Shown here: one piece after another, positions 45,466 to 55,711 of the stretch
How the letters are laid out: every line of letters begins with the position of its first letter
Numbering within the stretch: position 1 is the first letter of the stretch
Assembly: GCA_029260905.1 (NCBI GenBank)
Contig: JAJDCH010000012.1
Coordinates: 2,249-66,248 of the forward strand
Source: Candidatus Levyibacteriota bacterium
GTDB lineage: Bacteria; Patescibacteriota; Microgenomatia; Levybacterales; UBA12049
DNA: 64,000 nucleotides
Direction: 5' to 3'
The notes under the pieces: model-generated
The model's input: the letters and a program-made list of their open reading frames with translations, nothing else
What the model was told of the DNA's origin: nothing
Database searches by the model: none
Program-made: the position numbers and the translations under genes

Positions 45466-48400
45466 CTATTTAACTCTTGCAATATCACCATATTTATCAA
45501 AGCTAAATATATAACTGCTTGTTGGATTTTTTAATGCTTCTTTTTTTGCAAGACCTATTGAATCAACATATGTTATATTTGGCAGATTATCCCCATAAAT
45601 AAACCACAAACCATCCTCAACCCCGGTTGGAAACGCCCAAACACCCTTGTATTTAACAGGTGTATTAACAAGATACACATAATCCTTATTATTAAGATTT
45701 TGATAATTTGCTCTAAAGAAATAAAGCGTATTTTTGGTAACAAATCCTGATTCTTTCCATTTATTTTCTGCTTTTACCAAACTTTGATAATAAAAAAGTA
45801 ACAATACAAAAACAAAAACAAAAGCTATTAATGCTTTGTGCTTTTTATTTATCTTGGCAGAAACAAGATTAACAAAATATATCAAACTAATTGAAAAACC
45901 AATTGACGCAAGATACATATATCGATCAGCAATATTTCCAAGACCTAGAAAGGGAATTAGCGCAGAAAAAGCAAACACAATTCCAAAAACGATCTCTTTT
46001 CCATCTTTTCCAAAAAAGTCATTAATTACCTTTCTGGATTTATAAATAACAAATGATGCTACTCCCAAAAAGATTATTATTAAAAAACCAACGGTAAAAG
46101 AATTGTCTCTTAATCCATCTCTTAAAGAATTATAAACCGGAAGAACCAAGTCTCCTCCCAGAAAAAGCGCGATATACCCTAAGAAATTACCTATAATATT
46201 TGGGATAAGTTTTAAGAAATTATAAGTATAGTCACCTCCAGATTGAAATGCATCTGCAAAAATTCTAAGTATGTAATATGCGGGAATAAGCGCAAAAAAC
46301 AAAACATGCGGGAGGTAATACTTCAACTTTTTTGTTGCCCTAAAAAGACAAATATCAATAGCTAGAAAAACAAAAGGAATCGCAACTGCTATTTCATATG
46401 AGGCAAACGCTAAAAGACTAAATACAAATGCCAGACAGTATGACAAAATAGATCTTTTTTCCCTGAATCTATAAAAACTAATAAGTCCATAAATTATAAA
46501 AACCACTGCCAAAACACCAGATAACCCTGAATACCAAAAAACATTTTCTGCATGAGTTGGGTGAATTGCAAAAATAATCGAAACCAAAAATGCAATCCAA
46601 CCTTTTTTGCTCACTTGTTTTGCAAAAAGAAATACGCCAATAATTCCAAGATAATGAAGAAATGTAATAAATACATGATAGGCATGTGGCTGAAATGAAA
46701 ATATAACGTAAAGAAAATAAGTAATTATTTTATCAAGCGGTCTATAGAAAAATCCCTGAGCGTCAACAAAATGCTTTAGGAGCATTGATCCATCATCGTT
46801 TGCTGCCCATCTAAGCCAGGTAAAATCATCTGCGACAAAAAAGTTTCCCATTGATGGAAGAAATACAAAAACAATTATCATTAATAGATAAAAAAAGTAT
46901 GCAATATTTGTTGTGAGAACTCGACCAAGCTCTGTAATCCAGGATATTTTATTTTTTTGATAAAGAAGAAGGGAACCAACTCCAATACCAGATAATATCC
47001 ACAAGCTTTCAGCCACTTTTGATGCCTCAAAAACATCAATCAATATCGCATTTACCAAAAGCCCCAACACGCCTCCGGCTAGACCATACGCAAACCCACT
47101 TGCTAAAGAAGGCTTTGATATTGGAGCAAGTTTTAAAAGAACGACATACAGCATCACAAAAATACCGATAAAACTAAAAAGCCCCAACACGCCAGTCTCG
47201 CCTATTGCCCTAAAATAATCATTATCAGTTGCAAGAGTTATGGTTGAATAACCACTTCCCAAAAGCTTATTTCTTTCATACGCTTTCCAGGCATTTGGCC
47301 ACTCAGCCTGGAATCTGGTTGTAAAAGATATATCATAAAGAAGAACTTTTTTTACCAGAAAACTTCCGGAAACTGTTGATATCTGAACACTGCCACTCTG
47401 AAGCCTTCTTCTCCTTGCCTCTTCAGGAGTAAGTGTTCTTTTTACAATGGCAGAATCAGTTTTTTCCAAATCCTTATCTTGAGACAAACCAATAAATGCA
47501 GATCCCTCAGGAAGCTCTTCTCCTGAATTGGGTCCTTCTATGTCAGATTTTAATCCACTTGGCACTGTTCCACCAATCAACTTTCCCTGATCGTCAACCA
47601 CAACCTCTGCAACTCGAAATGTAGAAAGAAATCTCCTTGCAGTTGACTCACTAAAAATCGATAAAAATAAAACACTTATTATCAAAAGAGGAATAATAAG
47701 AATTTTTTTCTTATACAAGACTAGAGTAAAAATGCTTCCTATCACAAATGCAACAAAAGCTGCTCTTTGAGCCGTAAAAACAAGCATGATAATACCACTT
47801 AGAAAAATCAAGCCAGTCAGAATTTTCCAAATCCTTTTTTTGATTGCCAAAAATCCACCCAAAATGATCGGAATCACAAGTACAGAATAAGCCGCCAAAT
47901 CATAGGATCCTCCAAAAGTACTGGTAATCCTGCCTCCTGGTGGCAGACAAAGAGGTATTCCTTTTGCAAATTCTTCATTCCCTGTCTGAAATGATGGAAA
48001 ACAAGCTCTTATTTCTTGAAGACTAGGAAGCGCGCTCCACAAAATTAGATAATATCTCTGACCAAGCGCATAAAGAAAAACAGCAGAGGCAGTACTTGCA
48101 AGAATTACAAAAAAGTCTCTGAGGTCACTTTTTTCTTTTATTGCAGAAAAGGCAACAAAGAAAAGAATCAAATACTCAATTCTTCTTATATATGAAAGGA
48201 CAGCAATGCTTGGGAAAAAATTTGTGAGATTGGGGGCTATGAACAAAAACGAAAAAACAAGTGATAAAAGCCCAACCAACCAGTACAATCCAACCGATAC
48301 AGACATTGGCTTAAACAAGCTTACTTTTTTTCGCAGAAGCTGCACAAACCAGATAAAAACAGTTATAAGTATGAAAAAATCTTCAAGTCTTATATAGACC

Positions 48401-48516
48401 CATGTGTGGTGAATATTTATTGATGGAAGCTTGGGATAAAGCGCAACAAAAGGAATCAATCCTCCAACAAGAATCTTTAAAATGTATTTGTCATATAACC
48501 CTAAGAGCTTTTTCAT
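45466..48516 (-). CDS. Large (1016 aa) polytopic membrane protein. The N-terminal region is O-antigen ligase/polymerase-like and the C-terminal region GT-C/PMT-like
   Basis: More than 20 hydrophobic segments. The central soluble loop is rich in charged residues. The fusion architecture is inferred from composition only. Confidence 0.35.
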   Translation of the reverse strand: MKKLLGLYDKYILKILVGGLIPFVALYPKLPSINIHHTWVYIRLEDFFILITVFIWFVQLLRKKVSLFKPMSVSVGLYWLVGLLSLVFSFLFIAPNLTNFFPSIAVLSYIRRIEYLILFFVAFSAIKEKSDLRDFFVILASTASAVFLYALGQRYYLILWSALPSLQEIRACFPSFQTGNEEFAKGIPLCLPPGGRITSTFGGSYDLAAYSVLVIPIILGGFLAIKKRIWKILTGLIFLSGIIMLVFTAQRAAFVAFVIGSIFTLVLYKKKILIIPLLIISVLFLSIFSESTARRFLSTFRVAEVVVDDQGKLIGGTVPSGLKSDIEGPNSGEELPEGSAFIGLSQDKDLEKTDSAIVKRTLTPEEARRRRLQSGSVQISTVSGSFLVKKVLLYDISFTTRFQAEWPNAWKAYERNKLLGSGYSTITLATDNDYFRAIGETGVLGLFSFIGIFVMLYVVLLKLAPISKPSLASGFAYGLAGGVLGLLVNAILIDVFEASKVAESLWILSGIGVGSLLLYQKNKISWITELGRVLTTNIAYFFYLLMIIVFVFLPSMGNFFVADDFTWLRWAANDDGSMLLKHFVDAQGFFYRPLDKIITYFLYVIFSFQPHAYHVFITFLHYLGIIGVFLFAKQVSKKGWIAFLVSIIFAIHPTHAENVFWYSGLSGVLAVVFIIYGLISFYRFREKRSILSYCLAFVFSLLAFASYEIAVAIPFVFLAIDICLFRATKKLKYYLPHVLFFALIPAYYILRIFADAFQSGGDYTYNFLKLIPNIIGNFLGYIALFLGGDLVLPVYNSLRDGLRDNSFTVGFLIIIFLGVASFVIYKSRKVINDFFGKDGKEIVFGIVFAFSALIPFLGLGNIADRYMYLASIGFSISLIYFVNLVSAKINKKHKALIAFVFVFVLLLFYYQSLVKAENKWKESGFVTKNTLYFFRANYQNLNNKDYVYLVNTPVKYKGVWAFPTGVEDGLWFIYGDNLPNITYVDSIGLAKKEALKNPTSSYIFSFDKYGDIARVK

Positions 48517-49366
48517 AAGTTTGCTTTAGATAACTATTATTTGTAATTGTGCTTAAAAAAATTAAAGATTTTGCCTTTGTAATTAAGAGATTTTTTGCTA
48601 AATTATATTCAAAACTACTTTTATGTTTTTTATAAAAATATAAAATATTTTTATAAATATTTACTACTGCAAAACTTCTATTTGATGACCCTTGATCTTT
48701 ATGAGTTGCAGAAACAGATGGATAAAAATAAGTAAAGAAATTATTTTTTCTTGCTCTATAACAAAACTCCATATCCTCAACATACATAAAAATGTTTTCA
48801 TCAAAGCCTTCCAACTTTTCAAAAACACTTCTTCTGACCATCATCAAACTTCCCTTTACCCAATCAACTCTTGATGGATTTCTCAAACCCCAAAACCCAA
48901 TCTTTTCAATTCCCAACAGGAAAAGGCTTAACTGAAAAGGATCCAAAAAATTACCATACGACAGCTGCCTTGAACCATCAGTATTTTTCATATCCGCGCC
49001 AACTACTGAGGCATCGCTTGTTTTTTCAAAAAAAAGAGACATCTCCAAAAAGCCCCGATCTTCAACAATAATATCATTATTTAGAAATAGAAACAAATCT
49101 CCTTTTGCTTTTTTTGCGCCGATATTGCAACCCGTACTAAAACCTGCATTTTCATTGTTTAAAATAAGTAATAAATTTTTATAATTTCTCTTTCCAATTT
49201 CTTTTTCTAACTTTTCTCTGTTTTCTTTTTCTGATCCATTGTCTACAAGAATTACTTCAAATACACCTGTTTCTAGTTCTTTTTTAAAATTTTTATAAAT
49301 CGAATCTATACATAAAAGAGTCATCTGAGGCTTATTGTAGTTCAGGGTAATTATTGAAAGATTCAT
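48491..49366 (-). CDS. GT2-family glycosyltransferase
   Basis: LSIITLNYNKPQMTLLCIDSI...ILVDNGS. Confidence 0.75.
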   Translation of the reverse strand: MNLSIITLNYNKPQMTLLCIDSIYKNFKKELETGVFEVILVDNGSEKENREKLEKEIGKRNYKNLLLILNNENAGFSTGCNIGAKKAKGDLFLFLNNDIIVEDRGFLEMSLFFEKTSDASVVGADMKNTDGSRQLSYGNFLDPFQLSLFLLGIEKIGFWGLRNPSRVDWVKGSLMMVRRSVFEKLEGFDENIFMYVEDMEFCYRARKNNFFTYFYPSVSATHKDQGSSNRSFAVVNIYKNILYFYKKHKSSFEYNLAKNLLITKAKSLIFLSTITNNSYLKQTYEKALRVI

Positions 49367-49369
49367 ATC

Positions 49370-49963
49370 CTAGCTAAACCATGCTGCCCTTCCTAACCTG
49401 TAGTCAAAATCTTTAAGCTTGCGATCACTTATCACTTCAGCCGGCACACCCCCAACAATCTTTCCTTTTTCAACATTTTTGGTTACAACTGCGCCTGCTG
49501 CGACAACTGCTCCTTTCCCGATCTTAACACCAGGAAGTATTATTGCGCGAGGTCCTACAAAAACATAATCTGCTATTTCAACAGGTTTTGTGATAGCATT
49601 AAAATCTTTTGAATTTAGATCATGCTGAGCATTGTAAATCATTACATCAGATGCTATATCAACATGATCTCCGATAATTAATTTATCCCGTCCATCAAGC
49701 ACTGACCCCTCTCCAATTATGGTATCTTTTCCAATAAAAATATTTTCTGGATTATAAAATCTTGCACCCATATGAACTGATGATCCAACGCCAATTGAAA
49801 CACCAGATATTCGATAGAAAACTTTTCTGACAAAATGTGAAGGTATAAATCCAACAATACGAAGAATCATTACCCAAAATTCCAGAAGAATAGTATCTAG
49901 TCTATTACTAGTTTTTTTAATAAGTTCTTCTGTGGATAGCACTTTTCCTGCTTTATCTTTCAT
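49370..49963 (-). CDS. Hexapeptide-repeat (LbH) sugar O-acetyltransferase (WcaF/WbbJ-like) with an N-terminal membrane anchor
   Basis: Left-handed beta-helix repeats IGKDTIIGEGSVLDGRDKLIIGDHVDIASDVMIY. Confidence 0.7.
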   Translation of the reverse strand: MKDKAGKVLSTEELIKKTSNRLDTILLEFWVMILRIVGFIPSHFVRKVFYRISGVSIGVGSSVHMGARFYNPENIFIGKDTIIGEGSVLDGRDKLIIGDHVDIASDVMIYNAQHDLNSKDFNAITKPVEIADYVFVGPRAIILPGVKIGKGAVVAAGAVVTKNVEKGKIVGGVPAEVISDRKLKDFDYRLGRAAWFS

Positions 49964-49995
49964 AACTTATGATTTCTTGCATCATATATCCTAAA

Positions 49996-51147
49996 TCATT
50001 TATCGCTTCCTGCTGCTTTTTGTATAACCCTAAGTGTTTCCTTTGCTGTTTTTTCCCAACTAAATTTCTTTATCTGTTTTTTTCCTTTTTCTACCAATTC
50101 TTTTCTCAAATCCTTATCATCAACTAGCCTTTTGATCTTCTCAGCTATATCATCAACATCTTCTGGATCTACGTAAAGCGCTGCATCTCCCCCAACTTCA
50201 GGCAGACTACTGACATTACTTGTTATTACCGGACAACCATCTTTCATCGCCTCGAGAACAGGAAGTCCAAATCCCTCGTAGAGAGATGGGAGGACAAAAC
50301 AGATCGCATTTTTATACAAAATACTTAAATCACGATCATCAACATTTTCAAGAAACTTAACCTGTTTTTCAATACCAAATTTTTGTGGGGCTGATAAAAT
50401 TTCTTCAAACTGCCAACCCTTCTTACCAACAATCACCAGCTCCAGATCCGCTTTGCTTAGTACTTTATACTTAACACTTAATACTTTACTGAATGCCTCT
50501 ATTAACTTTGCAATATTTTTCCTAGGCTGAAGAGTCCCAACAAAAAGAACAAAATTATTACCTATTTTATATTTTTTCTTGAAATCCTTCATATTTCCTA
50601 AATCATAAGTCTTAAAACTTAAATCATTTTTAATTCCGGGATATGTAACCACCACCTCGCTTGATGACTTTTTATACTCCCTGATTATATCATTTTTACT
50701 TGAATTACTGATTGTAAGAATACTCTTTGCATTTCGCACTGAATACTTTGTCCAACTTTTTAGTTGATGTAGGTCATTTGCATTAAAAAGCTCAGAAAAA
50801 TACAAATATGATAAATCCATTACTGATATTACCGTTGGACATGGTGAGAGTCTGGGAGCATAGTGACTGGGGCTAAAAAAAACATCAGGCTTTATCCCAC
50901 CAAAAAATAAATCCAAGGGCAACCTCCATTGTGTCCACAGCCTGCCAGGCCTTAAGACTCGGTACTTCCAATTGCCAGATTCTTTTGGCATATCAGAGAG
51001 CTGCTTATTCTTTAGATAAACAACAAAACTAATGGCTGATGGCTGATGACTGATGACTGAAAACTCCCTCAATAATTCAAACGCGTATTGTCCTATTCCG
51101 ACGCGCTTTTCTACATTTGCCTCATTTCCATCAATTCCAATTATCAT
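49996..51147 (-). CDS. GT4-family glycosyltransferase with an in-frame heptamer repeat near its N-terminus
   Basis: [36 protein letters not shown]. The tract ATGGCTG/ATGACTG x4 encodes [11 protein letters not shown]. Confidence 0.8.
   Translation of the reverse strand: MIIGIDGNEANVEKRVGIGQYAFELLREFSVISHQPSAISFVVYLKNKQLSDMPKESGNWKYRVLRPGRLWTQWRLPLDLFFGGIKPDVFFSPSHYAPRLSPCPTVISVMDLSYLYFSELFNANDLHQLKSWTKYSVRNAKSILTISNSSKNDIIREYKKSSSEVVVTYPGIKNDLSFKTYDLGNMKDFKKKYKIGNNFVLFVGTLQPRKNIAKLIEAFSKVLSVKYKVLSKADLELVIVGKKGWQFEEILSAPQKFGIEKQVKFLENVDDRDLSILYKNAICFVLPSLYEGFGLPVLEAMKDGCPVITSNVSSLPEVGGDAALYVDPEDVDDIAEKIKRLVDDKDLRKELVEKGKKQIKKFSWEKTAKETLRVIQKAAGSDK
51032..51059 (-). repeat. ATGGCTG ATGGCTG ATGACTG ATGACTG tandem heptamer (coding strand CAGTCAT/CAGCCAT) inside the GT4 gene
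   Basis: Direct reading. Confidence 0.8.
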
Positions 51148-51149
51148 AA

Positions 51150-51686
51150 TTACATTCCCGGACTTGCAACGGACAATCTATCCCGCTTAATTCCAAGTAT
51201 TTCAATTGCATCAGTTCTTGTTTGATCTGAAATACAAATTATCTGATCACATTCCTTCTTTACCCAATTCAATCTTCGCCTTTGAGTTTGAACTATCCTG
51301 CTATGAGTCTCTTCTGGATATCGATAAACAATAAGGTCATAAAGAATAGTCACTTTTTTGGCGCGTTTAGTTGGAGGCTGTGTCCAGTCAGATGAGACAA
51401 AAACATCAACTGGTCCAATCAATTCTTCAATTGGCATTATGTGAAGCTGATTCCAAAAAACATCAAGCATGGTCGATGGCATCTTCTTTAGATTAAGAGT
51501 AAAATTTTTATTTCTTTCTGCTATGTCTTTTGCAAATTGAGGTACTTTTTTCCGGAGGGAAGAGAAAAAAAGAATATATTCATTTTTTTTATCAACTGCT
51601 GCCAAATTCTCAACCAAATTTTGCACATAGTTTGCAACACCTGTATTCTCGTATGCAGTTTGTGATATGTCTATTCCTATTTTCAT
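51150..51686 (-). CDS. GT4 N-terminal-domain-only protein, a likely remnant of a duplicated glycosyltransferase
   Basis: MKIGIDISQTAYENTGVANYVQNL parallels the N-terminus of the adjacent full-length GT4 ([25 protein letters not shown]). There is no EX7E C-domain. Its stop overlaps the next start (ATGA). Confidence 0.45.
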   Translation of the reverse strand: MKIGIDISQTAYENTGVANYVQNLVENLAAVDKKNEYILFFSSLRKKVPQFAKDIAERNKNFTLNLKKMPSTMLDVFWNQLHIMPIEELIGPVDVFVSSDWTQPPTKRAKKVTILYDLIVYRYPEETHSRIVQTQRRRLNWVKKECDQIICISDQTRTDAIEILGIKRDRLSVASPGM

Positions 51687-51760
51687 AATTTAAATAGCTA
51701 AATAGTTGTATGGCTATATTGCTCATAACTATCTAGCCATATAGTTATCTCGCTATTCCA

Positions 51761-52696
51761 TTACCCCTCGCTTGAAAATTTCAATGGAAAACTTTTTTCG
51801 TAATCTGATCTGTTTTGAGAAATATTTATTACTAGATCAGCAATAAATCCTGTGAAGAAAATCTGAAGACCGGCTATGAAAAGAAGTATTCCAAAAAGAA
51901 GCAGTGGTCTATCTCCTATCGTTTCTCCAGAAAACCACAATACAATCAAATAAGAAAGAATAACTAATCCAATAAACGCCGCCCCACCTCCGATAAAACC
52001 AAAAAAATGCATCGGCTTCTTGCCAAATTTGGAAAGAAAAATCATGGTAAACATGTCTGGAATATCTTTAAAGACTTTTGAAAAACCGTATTTGGATTTT
52101 CCAAACTTTCGTACCTCATGAACAACGGGAATCTCGGTTACACTAAACCCACTTTGCACAGCTAAAAGTGGTATAAATCTATGAAGCCCTCCATACAGTC
52201 GAAGAGACTTTGCAAGATCTTTTGAATATGCCTTAAATCCACAGTTATAATCATGTACATCTATACCAAAAATATAGTTTAATAATTTATTAAAAATCTT
52301 TGATATCACAAGCATTTTCTTCTTATCTTTTCTTTCTTTTCTCCATCCACAGACCAAATCTACTCCCTTCCTACTTTCTTTCAAGAAGCCTGAAATCTCT
52401 GAGGGCTTATCCTGAAGATCTGCATCCATTGTAATCACAATTTCTCCTCTTGCTTTTGCAAAACCAAGAGTTAATGCCTCTGATTTACCTAGGTTCCGAC
52501 GAAATGAAAAAATGCGGATCGATTTGTCTTCTTTGGATAAGTCTTTTAATATTTCAAGTGATTTGTCAACTGATCCATCGTCAACAAAAACCACTTCTGA
52601 ATCTTCCTTCAAGTCTGACAAGACAGTCTTCAGCTCTATATAAAAGGCCTCGACTCCTTCTTCTTCATTAAAAACAGGAACGACAATTGAAATCAT
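51761..52696 (-). CDS. GT2 polyprenol-phosphate sugar synthase (DPM1/Ppm1/ArnC/GtrB-like) with C-terminal TM helices
   Basis: MISIVVPVFNEEEGVEAF...VVFVDDGSVDKS...ITMDADLQD, then two C-terminal TM segments. Confidence 0.75.
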   Translation of the reverse strand: MISIVVPVFNEEEGVEAFYIELKTVLSDLKEDSEVVFVDDGSVDKSLEILKDLSKEDKSIRIFSFRRNLGKSEALTLGFAKARGEIVITMDADLQDKPSEISGFLKESRKGVDLVCGWRKERKDKKKMLVISKIFNKLLNYIFGIDVHDYNCGFKAYSKDLAKSLRLYGGLHRFIPLLAVQSGFSVTEIPVVHEVRKFGKSKYGFSKVFKDIPDMFTMIFLSKFGKKPMHFFGFIGGGAAFIGLVILSYLIVLWFSGETIGDRPLLLFGILLFIAGLQIFFTGFIADLVINISQNRSDYEKSFPLKFSSEG

Positions 52697-52786
52697 AGAG
52701 GTATTTTAACACTTTTTTGCATTCAAGACTATGCGAACAAAAAATCTAACCCCCAAGAATCAAGCTGCTCTGAACCCAAAAATTTT

Positions 52787-55711
52787 TTAAAACAGATAGT
52801 TTATCTGCCCTTTTTCTGTAATTATTTGCAATATTTTTATTCCTTCATACTCTTGCTTCTTCTTGTCTTCAACTACTTTCGTGATGTTTTCTTTGGGGTC
52901 ATACTTCAGAACTATTTTATCTTGATTATTTAGCTGAAGCTTCTGGTCAAATTGCTTAATTTCTCCATTTTCATCTTCTTTATATGCAACCACAAATTTA
53001 TTTTTATCCAGTTCAAAAGACTGATCATTGTATGATAATGAATAGATATTTAGCTTACTTCTTTTTCCCTTCTCTCTTTCTCTGTCCTCAACAACTAATT
53101 CATTTCCTGCAATGTCTGATATTATTATTTGCTCCCTTTTCTTTCCAAAATCTTTTTCTTCTATGTCTACTTTTCCTGAATCATCTATACCAATAAATTC
53201 AATTTCTTGTTTATCTCTGTTGAATTGAACTTTTACCTCAGGTGTTGTTTTGTCGATATGAAACTCTACTGATTTAGGTTCTTCCAGATTTCCATCTTTA
53301 TCTTGAGAATAATAATCAATCTTGTAGCTATTCTCTTCACTAAATTTAATCGGGTCTGTGTATTCTTGCCACTCCTCACCTTCAATCTTATAAAGCACTA
53401 TTTCAACCCCAAGACCTCCTTGGTTGTCAATGCTATCAAGTGAAAACTCTACATCAAAGCGAAACCAATTATCTTTCCCTTCCACTCCTTTTAGATTTAC
53501 AGATGTAGTGGGAGGAGATGTATCAATCCTCTCACCCATCAAAGCAAAATATGTCAGATGGTCAACTTCTGTTGTTGCATTTTTATTAAAAAAATCAATT
53601 AACGTATTTTCTTTTTTCCATGTCTTTCTATCTGTACTTGAATAAATCGAAACTGTTCCAGGTTTGAATCTTGAAATATCGGCCTGACTAAAATCAATAG
53701 TTATTTTTATTGGTTTTACCAAAGTTGTTATTAATTCTCCAAAAGGATTTCTAAGAAAAATATTTATTATTTGACCAATGGGTACGACTATTTCTGATAT
53801 CTTTTCAGATGGGAAAAGATTTGCAGAAAATTCCAATCCTTCAAGCGTTTCTTCTTCGGGAAGAAATAGCTCATATCTGCCAATTTCGAAAATTCCACCA
53901 TTTGCTGTTAATTTTTTATCAAGTTTTGGGATTTTCTTTTTCCAAAGATAATAACTTCTATTTCCTGTTTTTTGCACTCCGTGTTGAAAAAATGAATAAT
54001 TCTCCCATGGATCAGGATCAGCTGACTGCCAACCAAATGGATCCGTTGCACCATCAGGAATATTATCATTAAAGCTACCATCGTTATTTTTGTCCTGAAA
54101 AACTCCAAAATGAATATGAGGACCTGTTGTATGTTCGCCAGTTGAGCCAACTCTTCCGATAACAGTTTCTCTATCAACCGGTATATTTACACCTGGAGTT
54201 TTCGCAATAAGTCCCGTACTTTGAAGATGATAATACCTGGTCTGATATCCGTTGCCATGATCTATAAATATACCATGACCTCCAGCTCTGTCATAAACAT
54301 ACTGCGCAATTCCTGGAGCTGCTGGATATACAGGATCGCCATTTTTGACACCTGCTTTATATGCACCCCAATCATATCCATCATGACGAGAATAATCTCT
54401 CTCAGCATCACTTAGACCATCAAATGCTGTTATCTGATTTGAAAAATTAGCAGGCTCAATCATGCCCCCGCCAAGCAGCGGATAACTATGATCAAAATAC
54501 GCATTTATCTCCAATCCTACGTCTTCAAATTTCTTTCCTTGCCCCTCATAATTCCATGGAAGATCCAGAAACGGCGCCGGCGCGCTTTTTTCCCTTAGTA
54601 TCTCTGCGCTTTTTAACCATTCTGAATCAGAATCTAATCCACCTACTACCAGGATATCTCCATTTTTAAGCAAAACTGCCATGTGAAATGTCCTCACATT
54701 ATTCATAGCAGGCATCAACTTCCATTCATTACTACTAGGGCTATATAACTCGACAAGATTTGTCGCTATAGTCTCGTCAATATTATTCATACTTGACCCT
54801 CCTAGCACCATCACTTCACCACTTGGCATCAGAACAGCTTGATGAAATGCTCTTTTTGTATCCATATCATCTGCCTTACTCCATGCTCCTGTTGAGGGAT
54901 TATAGATTTCAGCTCCTTTTGAGGTGATATTTATATCAGTTCCTCCCGTCACAAGCACTCTTCCATCTGTTAATAATGTTGCAGTGTGCCCAAAACGACT
55001 TTCGTTCATACTTCCAGTTGGCTGCCAGGTATTAGTTAACGGATCATATATCTCTGCGCTTTTAAGAAAAGTGGATGAGTTAATCTGTCCACCTGTCACA
55101 AGGACTTTACCATTATTGAGCCTAGTTGCAGTATGAAAAAAACGCGGGCTGTTCATCTGCGCAGCCTCAGACCAACTATTTGAAGTAAGCTTATAAATCT
55201 CTGCCCTCCATAATATAGAAAATGACGTAGTTAACCCTCCCGTAACCAAAACATTGCCATTATCAAGAAGTGTGGCTCTATGAAAAAATCTGGGATCAAT
55301 CATATCTCCACCTTTTACCCAGCTATTGTTTTCAAAATCATATATCTCTGAAGATATCAGCTCCGAATTATTTTTGCCATAACCAAATCCAGCTATCAAT
55401 AGCTTGCCGTTTTTAAGATCAGTAACTGTACTTCCCTGTATGGCCATTGATACGGGCGATGTTTGCTCCCATTTTTCAGTTTTAGAGTTAAAAAGCTCTG
55501 CTACTGATTCTCCTTGAGAAGAACTATTACCGACAATAAGTACTTTCCCGTTTTGAAGCAGTGTAGCCTGAGGCAAAAATCGTGAAGCTCGCATATCATC
55601 TACATTCTCCCAGCTTCCAAGATTTTGAGCATGGATGTTTGGGACAGAAACAAAAAGGAATAACAAAACAAAAAGAGGTAATAAAAATAAAGTTGTTAGC
55701 TTTTGCTTCAT
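52787..55711 (-). CDS. Secreted multidomain protein: signal peptide, 7-blade Kelch-type beta-propeller, M23 (LytM/lysostaphin-like) metallopeptidase, and a ~400-aa beta-rich C-terminal region
   Basis: Kelch blades NGKVLIVGN, NGNVLVTGG, NGKVLVTGG, DGRVLVTGG, SGEVMVLGG, NGDILVVGG. M23 motifs HDGYD...GHGIFIDHGNGYQTRYYHL...GPHIHFGV. Confidence 0.75.
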   Translation of the reverse strand: MKQKLTTLFLLPLFVLLFLFVSVPNIHAQNLGSWENVDDMRASRFLPQATLLQNGKVLIVGNSSSQGESVAELFNSKTEKWEQTSPVSMAIQGSTVTDLKNGKLLIAGFGYGKNNSELISSEIYDFENNSWVKGGDMIDPRFFHRATLLDNGNVLVTGGLTTSFSILWRAEIYKLTSNSWSEAAQMNSPRFFHTATRLNNGKVLVTGGQINSSTFLKSAEIYDPLTNTWQPTGSMNESRFGHTATLLTDGRVLVTGGTDINITSKGAEIYNPSTGAWSKADDMDTKRAFHQAVLMPSGEVMVLGGSSMNNIDETIATNLVELYSPSSNEWKLMPAMNNVRTFHMAVLLKNGDILVVGGLDSDSEWLKSAEILREKSAPAPFLDLPWNYEGQGKKFEDVGLEINAYFDHSYPLLGGGMIEPANFSNQITAFDGLSDAERDYSRHDGYDWGAYKAGVKNGDPVYPAAPGIAQYVYDRAGGHGIFIDHGNGYQTRYYHLQSTGLIAKTPGVNIPVDRETVIGRVGSTGEHTTGPHIHFGVFQDKNNDGSFNDNIPDGATDPFGWQSADPDPWENYSFFQHGVQKTGNRSYYLWKKKIPKLDKKLTANGGIFEIGRYELFLPEEETLEGLEFSANLFPSEKISEIVVPIGQIINIFLRNPFGELITTLVKPIKITIDFSQADISRFKPGTVSIYSSTDRKTWKKENTLIDFFNKNATTEVDHLTYFALMGERIDTSPPTTSVNLKGVEGKDNWFRFDVEFSLDSIDNQGGLGVEIVLYKIEGEEWQEYTDPIKFSEENSYKIDYYSQDKDGNLEEPKSVEFHIDKTTPEVKVQFNRDKQEIEFIGIDDSGKVDIEEKDFGKKREQIIISDIAGNELVVEDREREKGKRSKLNIYSLSYNDQSFELDKNKFVVAYKEDENGEIKQFDQKLQLNNQDKIVLKYDPKENITKVVEDKKKQEYEGIKILQIITEKGQINYLF

